Positions 9,615 to 19,628 of a stretch of 64,000 bases of DNA are shown here, piece after piece; the stretch's first letter is position 1; each line of letters opens with the position of its first letter. The stretch spans positions 4,196 to 68,195 of the forward strand of contig CAZDZC010000002.1 of assembly GCA_964509835.1 (NCBI GenBank), read 5' to 3'. The translations under genes were made by a program, and so were the position numbers. The notes beneath the pieces are model-generated. The model saw only the letters and a list, made by a program, of their open reading frames with translations, ran no database searches and was not told where the DNA came from. The DNA is from an uncultured Acidobacteriota bacterium (GTDB lineage: Bacteria > Acidobacteriota > G020349885 > CAZDZC01).

Positions 9615-11201
9615 ATGCTCATGGACAATCTTGTCAGAGCTGTTCACCGCATTACTTCGCTCGATCCTGATAATATCGGAAACAGGCATTCTGAGTTAAA
9701 ATCCTGGGAGCTGCGGGATTTTTACAGAGAATCCTTATTTATCCGCGAAATCGTACTTCCTCCTGATCTTGAAGGCGGAATAAGGAGCATGAACAGCGTG
9801 AAAAAGATGCTGGATTTCCTTCCCGGGAAGCAGGCAACGCTTGCAAATGCGATGAAATCGGATAACAGAGTTTTCGCGTTCAGCGACAAACCTGTTCTTT
9901 TGGATGAAATTTCAGCGCTGCTTTACCTGTCAGACGGGATAAACCAGTTCCGGACCTGGTCCGGGATAGAACATCACTTCCGGTGCGCGCCGTCAGCAGG
10001 AGCTCTTTATCCGACAGTAATATATACTGTAATCAATAATGCTGAAGGACTTGAGCCCGGCATCTACTATTATCATGAAAAGAATCATTCCCTGAGGCTT
10101 GTGAGGAAAGGACATTTCTCTGATGAACTTTGCATGTATTTTGAGGGTGACAGGATGTTCAGCTCCGCAGGCTGCGTATTTCTTTACGCGGCAGTTTTCG
10201 GAAGATCAAAGCGGAATTACGGGAAAAGAGGGTACAGGTATTCATTTTTGGATACCGGGCATGTTTCCGCAAACACGGCAGTGACAGCCGGATCGCTTGG
10301 ACTGGGATATCACAGGAAAACACTTTTCCTGGATGACAGGCTTAACACTTTTCTGGGAATTGACGGAATAACTGAAGCTGTCCTGATGGGCGCAGCAGTT
10401 GGGAAAATTGACGCGAAAGGGCTTGTTCAGGAAAATATGTCCCATGAAGAGATATCAGGCAGACTTGGAAGTCTTTCCGTATGGAAAAAGAGAAAGGAAT
10501 CTCTCGATTTTACGGAAGAATTTCATAGTAAAACTGCGAGGCACATGGAACAGCTTGGTTGCAGCCGGGATGAACCACCGCGCGAAAGGGGGTTTCACGA
10601 TCCCAGTGTCGAAGCTCTCACAGCATGTTATCGTGTTCTGAATTCATCCGCGGTTGAAATGATTTCCGGGAGACGCTCAATCAGGGAATTCGGCAGTTCT
10701 GCCATCACTGAGGAGGAACTGTCAACCTTCCTTTTCAACGCACTCGGCGAAAACGGGGACAGAACGGGTAGATGCCTCACCGTTGACGGAAGAAGTCTTT
10801 TTGAAACATATCTTTATCTGGACAACATACATGATCTTGAAAAGGGGATTTACGCCCATCTTCCCCGACTTCACTCGCTTGAGCTTTTAGGAGCAGGCTG
10901 CAGAAAAGCAGAACTGGTTGACGCTCTTCTGGGACAGCGGTTTGTTGAGCAGGCGGCATTTGTCGTGTTTTTTACAGTGGAACTGTCAGATGTTCCAGAG
11001 AGTACAGGGCCGAGGATTTACAGGTCAGCGTTGCTAAACATAGGACAGGCAGCTAATAATGTCTGTCTTGCAGCGGAAGCAATGGGCTGGGGTGCATGTG
11101 ATATAGGTGCATTTTTTGATTCGGATGTGGGTGCTCTCCTCGGTATTGATCCGGAAAAAGAAGCAGTGCTGTTGCTTGTTGCTGTCGGAAAAAAATTATG
11201 A
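9615..11201 (+). CDS. SagB/ThcOx-family dehydrogenase with tandem nitroreductase-like domains
   Basis: LYPTVIYTVINNAEGLEPGIYYYHEKNHSL signature of the SagB-type dehydrogenase domain. A second nitroreductase-like half (SGRRSIREFG...). 528 aa. Confidence 0.7.
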   Translation: MLMDNLVRAVHRITSLDPDNIGNRHSELKSWELRDFYRESLFIREIVLPPDLEGGIRSMNSVKKMLDFLPGKQATLANAMKSDNRVFAFSDKPVLLDEISALLYLSDGINQFRTWSGIEHHFRCAPSAGALYPTVIYTVINNAEGLEPGIYYYHEKNHSLRLVRKGHFSDELCMYFEGDRMFSSAGCVFLYAAVFGRSKRNYGKRGYRYSFLDTGHVSANTAVTAGSLGLGYHRKTLFLDDRLNTFLGIDGITEAVLMGAAVGKIDAKGLVQENMSHEEISGRLGSLSVWKKRKESLDFTEEFHSKTARHMEQLGCSRDEPPRERGFHDPSVEALTACYRVLNSSAVEMISGRRSIREFGSSAITEEELSTFLFNALGENGDRTGRCLTVDGRSLFETYLYLDNIHDLEKGIYAHLPRLHSLELLGAGCRKAELVDALLGQRFVEQAAFVVFFTVELSDVPESTGPRIYRSALLNIGQAANNVCLAAEAMGWGACDIGAFFDSDVGALLGIDPEKEAVLLLVAVGKKL

Positions 11202-11249
11202 AAACAAGCCGCATTGTTATTTGAAAGGAAATGTGATAATTTTACGAGC

Positions 11250-12542
11250 ATGAAGAAATATTTTGTTCTCGATACGAATGTCCTGCTTGTGGATCCTGAA
11301 GCGATTTTCGGTTTCGGAGACAACCATGTGGTGCTTCCTATCTGGATAATTGAGGAAATTGACAAGTTCAAACGCGATCAGACTGAACTCGGGAGAAACG
11401 CAAGACAGACTTCCCGGCTTCTCGACGAGCTCAGAAAAAAAGGAAAACTTTCAGAAGGAGTGAAGCTGGATTCCGGTGGCACTGTTAAAGTAGATCTCGG
11501 TGATGGGCTCGACAACGATCTCCCGGCGATTATTCAGAGTGATGTTCCTGATTCCCATATTGTAAGTGTCGCTCTGAAGCTGAAGAAAAACAATAAACGG
11601 GTGATATTTGTCACGAGGGATTCCAATCTCAGAATAAAAGCCGATTCACTGGGAATAGACGCAGTTGATTTCGAAAGCCAAAAGGTTAGTTTTGACGAGC
11701 TCTATTCCGGCGCAAGGGAGATCCTGACAGCTTCCGAAAATGTGGACAGCTTCTACCGGGATTCTTCTCTTAAGATGGAAGGTGAGTTCATTGCGAATGA
11801 AGGCGTTATTCTTGTTGATGACACAAACCCCAAACATTCAGCTCTCTCAAGATATGACAATACTTCTGCTTCTGTTGTTCCGTTAAGATTTCCGGAATCT
11901 GGAGTGTGGGGGATTTCACCCCGCAATATGGAGCAGCGGTTTGCGATGGATCTGCTTATGAACGAAAAACTTAACCTTGTCACCCTTGTGGGAAAAGCTG
12001 GAACGGGGAAAACCCTGCTTGCGATAGCCACTGGGCTGGCCCAGACCGCAGACAGTGGTGTTTACAACCGCCTGCTTGTCACTAGACCTGTTCTTCCCAT
12101 GGGAAAAGACCTCGGATATCTCCCAGGAGAGCTTGAAGAAAAGATGAGGCCTTGGATGCAGCCTATCTTTGATAATCTGGAATTCATTCTCGGGAAAAGC
12201 GGTAAAAGGGGTTACGAAGAATTAATGTATCAGAAGATCCTCGAAGTAGAAGCCCTGAGCTACATAAGGGGAAGAAGTCTTCCCGGACTGTTTTTAATTG
12301 TCGATGAGGCCCAAAACCTCACGCCCCACGAAGTGAAAACCATAATCACACGCGCCGGGGAAAACACTAAAATTGTTCTTACGGGAGATCCTTACCAGAT
12401 AGATCATCCTTACCTTGACTCGTCCAGCAACGGACTCTGTTATGCGGTCGAACGATTCAAAGGGCACGCGATTGCGGGGCACATAACCCTAAGGAAGGGC
12501 GAACGGTCAGGACTCGCTGAGCTGGCTGCGAACATTCTGTAG
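11250..12542 (+). CDS. PIN-domain plus PhoH-like ATPase (YlaK/PhoH2 family)
   Basis: N-terminal PIN (YFVLDTNVLL, EEIDKFK). C-terminal PhoH Walker A GKAGTGKT and DEAQNL. ATG at 11250 with an upstream GGA RBS; the track start at 11214 is TTG. Confidence 0.85.
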   Translation: MKKYFVLDTNVLLVDPEAIFGFGDNHVVLPIWIIEEIDKFKRDQTELGRNARQTSRLLDELRKKGKLSEGVKLDSGGTVKVDLGDGLDNDLPAIIQSDVPDSHIVSVALKLKKNNKRVIFVTRDSNLRIKADSLGIDAVDFESQKVSFDELYSGAREILTASENVDSFYRDSSLKMEGEFIANEGVILVDDTNPKHSALSRYDNTSASVVPLRFPESGVWGISPRNMEQRFAMDLLMNEKLNLVTLVGKAGTGKTLLAIATGLAQTADSGVYNRLLVTRPVLPMGKDLGYLPGELEEKMRPWMQPIFDNLEFILGKSGKRGYEELMYQKILEVEALSYIRGRSLPGLFLIVDEAQNLTPHEVKTIITRAGENTKIVLTGDPYQIDHPYLDSSSNGLCYAVERFKGHAIAGHITLRKGERSGLAELAANIL

Positions 12543-12633
12543 AAAACTGTTTAACTTCTGTTCATTGCGAATGTGAATTTGCGTTATTTGAAATAAAGTG
12601 CTATATTTGGCACAATTAAAAAAGGAGAAGGAA

Positions 12634-13053
12634 ATGATTAGAAAAATTGCAATCGCGGCTGCATTTCTCATGATTCCAGTTTTCTGTTTTCAGGCGGCTG
12701 AACCTGCGAAAGAGAAAGAAGCTGTTGCTTCAGCCGAAAAGTGGCTTTCCCTGGTTGATGAAGGTAAATATACTGAGAGTTGGGAAGAAGCATCCGGATA
12801 TCTTAAAAAAGCAGTAAGCGCAGAGCAGTGGATCGAGGCGGCTGAAACATTCAGAAAACCTCTTGGGAAACTGATTTCAAGAAAAGTTAAAACGACAACA
12901 TACGCAACTTCCCTGCCAGGCGCTCCTGCCGGTGAATATGTTGTGATTGAATTTGAAACCTCTTTTGAGAATAAAAAGACAGCAGTAGAAACAGTAACGC
13001 CCGTTCTGGACGAAGACGGAAGCTGGCGTGTGTCGGGATATTATATAAAATAA
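12634..13053 (+). CDS. DUF4019-like secreted protein
   Basis: Signal peptide MIRKIAIAAAFLMIPVFCFQA. AAGGAG RBS; the track start at 12598 is GTG. Confidence 0.5.
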   Translation: MIRKIAIAAAFLMIPVFCFQAAEPAKEKEAVASAEKWLSLVDEGKYTESWEEASGYLKKAVSAEQWIEAAETFRKPLGKLISRKVKTTTYATSLPGAPAGEYVVIEFETSFENKKTAVETVTPVLDEDGSWRVSGYYIK

Positions 13054-13092
13054 AAAAGTATTGGATATTTTAGGGTAAATCAGGAAAATTCT

Positions 13093-13812
13093 TCAGTCAG
13101 ACAAGTAGTATTCAACAGTGGAGACAACCCTTACTTTCTTTATTTGCGGGTTGTTCTGATCCCTTGAATAAATGCTGAACTGACCTTGGGTTGCGCTTTT
13201 TATCTTGCCAAGCCTGCTTTTCGAATCAGCAGCGAATTTTTCTGCGACCTCGCGGGCATTTTTTGTCGCCTCTTCAATCATCTCCGGTTTTACATTGTTC
13301 AGTTTTGTGAACAGATATTCAGTCTGGAGGCCGTAATCATGATCGTAAAAAGCTATGCCCTTTTTACCCAGTTCCGACAGTTCGCTCATCGCCTTTCTCA
13401 CTGCAGGAATGTTCTCCGAATAAACGGTCACAACCTGGGACGCAGCAAATCTGAAGACAGGCTGGCTGTCAGCCCGGTAGCCCTCGGTTGACCTGTCCTG
13501 TATTGAAGGCGGCGAGACCGTAACCTCACCGGAATTTATACCTCTTGATTCCAGAAACTGAATTATTAATACGGTATTCTCTTCGATGGAATTATAAAGC
13601 TCAGCCAGATTATTGCCAGCCATCCTGAACTGAACAGGCCATATAACGATATCTGCCTCGTATTCCCTTTCAGATAAACCTTTGACGCTGACATAACGCT
13701 CAAAACCTTTGTATTCGATGGCAGCGTGCGCGAGAAGCCAGCCGAGGCAAAAAAGACCCGCAAGAATGAACAACCCTAGAATTGCTGCACTTAATCTGGA
13801 AGTCTCTTTCAT
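13093..13812 (-). CDS. SIMPL-domain (DUF541) periplasmic protein
   Basis: N-terminal TM or signal segment and a SIMPL-like repeat pattern. Start moved to MKETS, which has an AGGAG RBS. Confidence 0.5.
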   Translation of the reverse strand: MKETSRLSAAILGLFILAGLFCLGWLLAHAAIEYKGFERYVSVKGLSEREYEADIVIWPVQFRMAGNNLAELYNSIEENTVLIIQFLESRGINSGEVTVSPPSIQDRSTEGYRADSQPVFRFAASQVVTVYSENIPAVRKAMSELSELGKKGIAFYDHDYGLQTEYLFTKLNNVKPEMIEEATKNAREVAEKFAADSKSRLGKIKSATQGQFSIYSRDQNNPQIKKVRVVSTVEYYLSD

Positions 13813-13948
13813 CAGTTTCTCCTTATTTTTCAAAAATGTTGCGATAACATCCACAGTCTGCATATCATTTGAAATAAAGTCAAGGGAGATTATGCTGTTC
13901 TTGACTGCAAAGCTTTATTGGAATAACATTTACGCTTAATGGACTGTT

Positions 13949-14416
13949 TTGGAAAGGTTATTATTTTTGAAACCGAATAAAGACGATAATACTCTGCTCG
14001 AGTGGCGGGTTTATCCTTTTGAGAAGGAATTAAAAAGGGGCATATTCGGGCTTATTGTGATAGCATTGTTTTGCCTGGCAGTCTATTACAGCTTCAGGGA
14101 TTTTTTCTGGGTCGGGCTGAGTATCCTGGTTCTTTCTTTTGTTGTTATGCCGTTTTACGCCCCCACGACTGTCACATTCACTGACAAGGGAGTATTTTCG
14201 AGAAATTTCATAAACAGCAAATATAAAAGCTGGGATTCTCTTGCCAGGTGGGAAAAGGGAAAGAAAGGAGTCCTCCTCAGTCCGTTTAACAAGAGATCGT
14301 TTCTGGACAGCTACAGAGGAATATTTCTTGCGTTTGATGATAACGCGGATGAAGTTATGAATATTGTGAAGGAGAGGCTTGGTGGAACTGAACGGGGAAG
14401 AAAAGAAGTTAATTGA
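13949..14416 (+). CDS. Hypothetical membrane protein (TTG start)
   Basis: Two TM segments. No ATG or RBS support for the start. Confidence 0.35.
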   Translation: MERLLFLKPNKDDNTLLEWRVYPFEKELKRGIFGLIVIALFCLAVYYSFRDFFWVGLSILVLSFVVMPFYAPTTVTFTDKGVFSRNFINSKYKSWDSLARWEKGKKGVLLSPFNKRSFLDSYRGIFLAFDDNADEVMNIVKERLGGTERGRKEVN

Positions 14417-14699
14417 GAAAGCAGCCGGGAAAATTGTTTCGCTCGGTTTGGCTGCGCCTGCTATTTTTATGCTTGAATCCCTGAAACCTCTTAATTTCAT
14501 AGGAAGTCAATTTATACTTGTTTTCAGTCCGTTTGTGACTATACTATTCCCTTTATACTCTGACCTCGGTGTTTTGCAAAAACTGCTTGAAAAAAGAGGA
14601 TCAGTAGAGGTCATAATTCAGGCCATTGAAGCCAGAGAAAACCTGCTGAAGAAAAGCGGGAATAAGGACGCAGACAGCAAGGAGACGAATAGAGAATGA
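14379..14699 (+). CDS. Hypothetical small membrane protein
   Basis: Two TM helices. Non-ATG start that overlaps the previous ORF. Confidence 0.3.
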   Translation: MVELNGEEKKLIEKAAGKIVSLGLAAPAIFMLESLKPLNFIGSQFILVFSPFVTILFPLYSDLGVLQKLLEKRGSVEVIIQAIEARENLLKKSGNKDADSKETNRE

Positions 14700-16522
14700 A
14701 CGAGGATCTTAAAAATATCACATCAATTCTTGCAACCGATTGCGGGAGCACGACAACAAAAGCCATCCTGATTGAGAAAAGGGGTGACACATTCAGACTG
14801 ATCGTCAGAGGTGAAGCTCCCACTACTGTGGAGGCTCCTTTTGAGGATGTAACAAAGGGTGCGCTAAACGCAATAATGGAGGTTGAAGAGCTTGCCGGAA
14901 GAAAAATTCTGGGAAGCGATGGACTGATTATGAAACCGCAGAAAGGTGATGAGGGTGTTGATGTATATATATCCACCAGCAGTGCGGGAGGCGGATTGCA
15001 GATGATGGTGTCCGGGGTTGTCAAAAACATGACAGGAGAAAGCGCCGAGAGGGCTGCACTTGGGGCCGGAGCCATCGTGATGGATGTTCTCGCGTCCAAT
15101 GATAAGAGGCTTCCGCATCAGAAGATAGAAAGAATCCGACATCTCAGACCCGACATGATCCTTCTTTCAGGCGGCATTGACGGAGGAACGACGACCCATG
15201 TAGTCGAACTTGCTGAACTCATAAAAGCAGCTAATCCGAGGCCCAGGCTCGGGACAGGTTACAAGCTTCCTGTAATTTACGCCGGCAACAAGGATGCGGC
15301 TGGCGCGGTTAACGATACGCTCGGAAAAGATACTGACCTTAAGATAGTCGATAATTTAAGGCCGGTTCTGGAAAGAGAAAACCTCGGTCCGGCGCGTGAA
15401 AAGATACACGATCTTTTTATGGAGCATGTTATGGCACAGGCTCCGGGATACAAGAAGCTGATGAGCTGGACTGATGCGCCTATTATGCCGACCCCTGGCG
15501 CAGTAGGTTTGATTATCCAGACCATCGCCAAAGCTGAAAACCTTACGGTTGTGGGAGTCGATATCGGTGGTGCGACTACGGATGTGTTCTCTGTTTTTGA
15601 AGATGAATCAGGGGAAAAGGTTTTTAACCGGACTGTAAGCGCGAATCTCGGAATGAGTTATTCGATATCCAATGTTCTTGCAGAAGCTGGCCTTTCGAAC
15701 ATTTTGAGGTGGGTGCCGTTCACCATTGATGAATCAGAGTTGAGGAACACCATAGGCAATAAGATGATAAGGCCAACTACCATACCTCAGGCACTGGACG
15801 AACTGAAAATCGAACAGGCTATTGCCAGAGAAGCCCTGAGACTGGCATTTATCCAGCATAAATCATTTGCGGTCGGCCTCAAGGGTGTCCAGCAGTCCAG
15901 AACAATTTCAGACGCTTTTGATCAGACCGGAAGCGGAAGCACACTGGTAAATATGAAGGCTCTTGATCTTCTGGTAGGAAGCGGAGGGGTTCTTTCCCAT
16001 GCTCCACGGAGAGCGCAGGCTGCTAAAATGCTTGTTGACGCTTTCCTTCCCGAAGGGGTAACCCAGCTTGCGGTGGACAGCATCTTCATGATGCCTCAGC
16101 TTGGCGTATTGTCGGAAGTTAATATGAAAGCTGCTGTGGATGTATTCGAAAAAGACTGCCTGATAAGACTTGGAACATGTATCGCGGCATCCGGTGGCCA
16201 GTACAGGGAGGGTAAACCCTGCATGAAAGTCGAACTTGATCTTCCCGGAGGCGAAAAATTCCATGAAGAGATTAATTTCGGCGACCTCAAATTTGTAAAG
16301 GCGCCTTATGGTGAAAAAATTAAGGCCGTTATTGAACCCGCTAAGAAAGTTGATGTAGGAGCCGGCCCTGGACACAAGGTTGAAACGGAAATCAATGGCG
16401 GGGTGGTTGGAATATTGATGGATGGCCGAGGCAGGCCGTTTGTTTTCCCGGATGACAATGCACGCAGGGTCGAAAAGCTTAAGGAATGGGCGCGCGTTGT
16501 TGACGAATATCCGGAATACTGA
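14696..16522 (+). CDS. GlmL/MutL-family (PF13941-like) ASKHA ATPase, glutamate-mutase accessory/reactivase-like
   Basis: ATDCGSTTTKAIL, SSAGGGLQMM, LLSGGIDGGTT, and DIGGATTDVF motifs typical of GlmL/MutL-type actin-fold proteins. 608 aa. Confidence 0.55.
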   Translation: MNEDLKNITSILATDCGSTTTKAILIEKRGDTFRLIVRGEAPTTVEAPFEDVTKGALNAIMEVEELAGRKILGSDGLIMKPQKGDEGVDVYISTSSAGGGLQMMVSGVVKNMTGESAERAALGAGAIVMDVLASNDKRLPHQKIERIRHLRPDMILLSGGIDGGTTTHVVELAELIKAANPRPRLGTGYKLPVIYAGNKDAAGAVNDTLGKDTDLKIVDNLRPVLERENLGPAREKIHDLFMEHVMAQAPGYKKLMSWTDAPIMPTPGAVGLIIQTIAKAENLTVVGVDIGGATTDVFSVFEDESGEKVFNRTVSANLGMSYSISNVLAEAGLSNILRWVPFTIDESELRNTIGNKMIRPTTIPQALDELKIEQAIAREALRLAFIQHKSFAVGLKGVQQSRTISDAFDQTGSGSTLVNMKALDLLVGSGGVLSHAPRRAQAAKMLVDAFLPEGVTQLAVDSIFMMPQLGVLSEVNMKAAVDVFEKDCLIRLGTCIAASGGQYREGKPCMKVELDLPGGEKFHEEINFGDLKFVKAPYGEKIKAVIEPAKKVDVGAGPGHKVETEINGGVVGILMDGRGRPFVFPDDNARRVEKLKEWARVVDEYPEY

Positions 16523-16533
16523 GGAGGTTTAAG

Positions 16534-17658
16534 ATGGCACATTCATATACGCCCGGACTGAAATCAACCGAAAAAGCAGTTATAACAAAGGAAAGAAGGC
16601 TTCCCCTGAAAGGTGTTGTGCAGGTTTCAGTCGGAGACAAAGTCAAAGCGGGGCAGGTAGTTGCGAAAACAGACCTGCCCGGAAATGTAAATCCAGTCAA
16701 TGTAGCTAACGCGCTTAGCATAATGGCGGACGAGGTTCCGAAGTGCATGATGAAAAAAGCCGGGGATCTGATCGAGAAAGGCGATATTATTGCCGAAAGC
16801 AAGGGATTTTTCGGAATGTTCAAATCCCAGTGCAAATCCCCGATAAAGGGTTCGGTTGAGAGTGTATCCAGTATCACCGGACAGGTAATTCTTCGTGAAG
16901 AACCTATTCCTGTTGAAATAAAGGCTTATATTGACGGCGAAATCACTGAGGTCTATCCCGATGAAGGTGTTGAGGTAAGAACAAAAGCCACTTTCATTCA
17001 GGGAATATTCGGGATGGGGAAAGAGGTTCACGGAATAATCAAAGTGCTTGCCAAAGATAAAGACCAGATTATCGAAGAAAGCGACATCACTGAAGATTTA
17101 AAGGATATGATAGTTATCGGCGGATCGCTTATTACGATGGCAGCATTCAAAAAGGCGATGAAAATAGGATTGAAAGGGATAATCACCGGAGGCTTCAATT
17201 ATAATGATATCAAATCCATTCTCGGATATGAAATAGGCGTCGCTATTACCGGGTCAGAGGATATCCCTACAACCCTTGTAGTAACGGAAGGCTTCGGAAA
17301 GATGGGAATGGCTCCCGGCACCTTTGAGCTTCTCAGGAAAAACGACGGAAAGAGCGCGTCAATTAACGGAGCAACCCAGATAAGAGCTGGTGTTATAAGA
17401 CCCGAGGTTGTTATTTCTCTGGAAGAAAGTGTTTCAGTTGAAGATCTTAAAGAGGAAGAGGCATCAGGAGTTGCAATAGGAGATAATATCCGGGTGATCC
17501 GCGCCCCGTATTTCGGGAGGCTCGGAAAAGTTACAGAACTTCCGCCTGAACTCCGAAAAATGGAATCGGAAACCATGGTCAGGGTGTTGGAAGTTGAATT
17601 TGATGACGGGAAGAAGGCAATCCTTCCGAGGGCGAATATTGAAAGAATTGAAAGGTAG
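16534..17658 (+). CDS. Conserved hypothetical protein with N-terminal barrel-sandwich-hybrid-like motifs
   Basis: GAGGAGG RBS. Starts 12 nt after the GlmL-like gene. Motifs VSVGDKVKAGQVV and GG-rich Rossmann-like segments. No confident family. Confidence 0.55.
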   Translation: MAHSYTPGLKSTEKAVITKERRLPLKGVVQVSVGDKVKAGQVVAKTDLPGNVNPVNVANALSIMADEVPKCMMKKAGDLIEKGDIIAESKGFFGMFKSQCKSPIKGSVESVSSITGQVILREEPIPVEIKAYIDGEITEVYPDEGVEVRTKATFIQGIFGMGKEVHGIIKVLAKDKDQIIEESDITEDLKDMIVIGGSLITMAAFKKAMKIGLKGIITGGFNYNDIKSILGYEIGVAITGSEDIPTTLVVTEGFGKMGMAPGTFELLRKNDGKSASINGATQIRAGVIRPEVVISLEESVSVEDLKEEEASGVAIGDNIRVIRAPYFGRLGKVTELPPELRKMESETMVRVLEVEFDDGKKAILPRANIERIER

Positions 17659-17661
17659 AAA

Positions 17662-18969
17662 TTGAGATATAAATTTCATATCTGGTTGCTTGCTGTTCTG
17701 TTTGTTTTTGTTACTGTTCTATTCTGTGAGGAAACGCAGCTGGTTCCAGCGGAAGAAGAGGCTGTCTCAAAAGAAACAATGGAGGAAACCCCTCAGATTG
17801 TCCTCCCTGAACCTCCGGGTAGAATATTTTTCTCCGACACGCCGGATGACGGAGGAACTTCACTTGACCTTTACATAGAAAAATCTGCGGATGACCTTCT
17901 GGAAGGGGGCAAAGTTATAGAGTACATTATTTACCGCAAAGGCCCGGGCGAAGAGAATTATTCGGAATTGAAATCCATACCATCATGGACTTTGAGTTTT
18001 CTCCGCGAAAAAAGTGAGGCGGGAGGACAGGAATCGTCTGTTTCAAATCACCTTAAAGAAGGCCGGGTTCATTTTGTTGACAATACCGTAAGGCATGATA
18101 TCGAATATCATTACATGGTAAGGTCTTCAGCCGGTGAAGGGTTTCTTTCGGAACCGTCTGAAATGACTGAGGCTGCTGTAGCAACCGCACAGTGGTTTAA
18201 CAGGAATAAAACCCTGACCCTGATTGCCACCGTTCTGTTTTTTATTCTTATTATTTATTTCTTGAGGAAGGCGAAAACGGATGCCGATAAACTTTATATA
18301 AGGAGGATCCCGGGGGTGGATGCGATTGAGGAAGCTATCGGCAGGGCGACCGAAATGGGGCGCCCAGTGCTTTTTGTTCCCGGTATTGGCGATATCAGCA
18401 TAATTCAGACGATAGCAAGTCTGTTGATTCTTGGCGAAGTCGCGGAAAAAACAGCCAGCTACGCTTCAAGAATAATAGTTCCGAACATGATTCCTTTTGT
18501 CATGACCGTTGCCCAGGAAGTTGTCAAGCAGAGTTATGCAAAAGCCGGGACGCCTGAGGCATATGATGAGGACGATGTGATGTTTCTTACCCAGGATCAG
18601 TTTGCTTATGCCGCTGCTGTGAACGGCATCATGCTCAGAGAAAAACCAGCGGCCGTTCTGTTGCTTGGACAATTTTACGCGGAATCTCTTCTTCTCGCCG
18701 AAACGGGATACGCGAGCGGGGCCATTCAGGTGGCGGGAACGGCCGAAGTTACACAGTTGCCTTTCTTTATTGCAGCCTGTGATTATACGCTTCTTGGCGA
18801 AGAGCTTTTTGCCGCCTCGGCTTATCTGTCAAGAGAGCCTAAAATATTAAGTACACTGAAAGCGGCGGACTGGTTCAAAGCTGCAGTGGTTCTGATAATT
18901 ATTCTGGGAAGTATTGTAGCGACAATTGCGCCTGATTTTTTGGCTAAGCTTCTGGAGTTCGGAGCATGA
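17662..18969 (+). CDS. Membrane protein of unknown function (bitopic: periplasmic N-terminal domain, TM helix, conserved cytoplasmic domain)
   Basis: TTG start 4 nt after the previous stop. N-terminal signal/TM segment and a second TM (LTLIATVLFFILIIYFL). First gene of a four-gene coupled operon. Confidence 0.55.
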   Translation: MRYKFHIWLLAVLFVFVTVLFCEETQLVPAEEEAVSKETMEETPQIVLPEPPGRIFFSDTPDDGGTSLDLYIEKSADDLLEGGKVIEYIIYRKGPGEENYSELKSIPSWTLSFLREKSEAGGQESSVSNHLKEGRVHFVDNTVRHDIEYHYMVRSSAGEGFLSEPSEMTEAAVATAQWFNRNKTLTLIATVLFFILIIYFLRKAKTDADKLYIRRIPGVDAIEEAIGRATEMGRPVLFVPGIGDISIIQTIASLLILGEVAEKTASYASRIIVPNMIPFVMTVAQEVVKQSYAKAGTPEAYDEDDVMFLTQDQFAYAAAVNGIMLREKPAAVLLLGQFYAESLLLAETGYASGAIQVAGTAEVTQLPFFIAACDYTLLGEELFAASAYLSREPKILSTLKAADWFKAAVVLIIILGSIVATIAPDFLAKLLEFGA

Positions 18970-19628
18970 AGAAAACCATTCCGCTTGTACTTGCATTTGT
19001 AACTGGCATTCTTATGATGTTTGAGCCTTTTATCCCCCATTACACAGTGAACACAGTCAAGACGCTGATTCTTGAGTGGGGTCAGGTAATAGCAGCCGCT
19101 ACAATTCTGCTCGGAATTGCCAGTCTGGTAGTGGTGAACATTCCTGCAGTAACAAAAAGGAAACAGGATTGGGTTTATAAACTTGTTCTTCTTATAGCAT
19201 TTTTCGTCACCGTTGTGTTGGGTTCCCGGGGTGTAGAAGCGGGAACTATGCTGGACTGGGTTTTTATGAACATGATGAGGCCGATGATGGCCACCATGTT
19301 TGCCCTGCTGGCTTTTTATATGGCATCTGCTGCGTTCAGGGCATTCCGCGCTAGGACATTTGAAGCAACCCTGATGCTGGGAGCGGCTCTTCTTGTTATG
19401 ATGGGTCGTGTTCCCCTAGGGGAACTTGTGTTCAGATATATTACCGATATTGTCAACCTTATACCTGGGGTTAATTTTACGATAGTTGATGTTATGGAAT
19501 GGATAATGAATATTCCCAATCTTGCCGGGAAAAGAGCCATATTTATCGGAGCTGCGCTTGGAACAATGGCAACAAGCCTGAGGATAATTCTCGGTCTTGA
19601 GCGGTCATATATGGGTGGAGATGATTAA
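18966..19628 (+). CDS. Polytopic membrane protein of unknown function
   Basis: ATGA overlap with the upstream gene. 5-6 TM helices. Confidence 0.55.
   Translation: MKKTIPLVLAFVTGILMMFEPFIPHYTVNTVKTLILEWGQVIAAATILLGIASLVVVNIPAVTKRKQDWVYKLVLLIAFFVTVVLGSRGVEAGTMLDWVFMNMMRPMMATMFALLAFYMASAAFRAFRARTFEATLMLGAALLVMMGRVPLGELVFRYITDIVNLIPGVNFTIVDVMEWIMNIPNLAGKRAIFIGAALGTMATSLRIILGLERSYMGGDD

Noticed and set aside
14611-15099. Long antisense ORFs inside large genes (for example 14611-15099, 21509-21979, 22767-23345, 35914-36381, 39176-39691, 45880-46449, 62157-62930)
   Set aside because: Each lies wholly inside and antisense or out-of-frame to a gene with clear family motifs. Typical of moderate-GC genomes.
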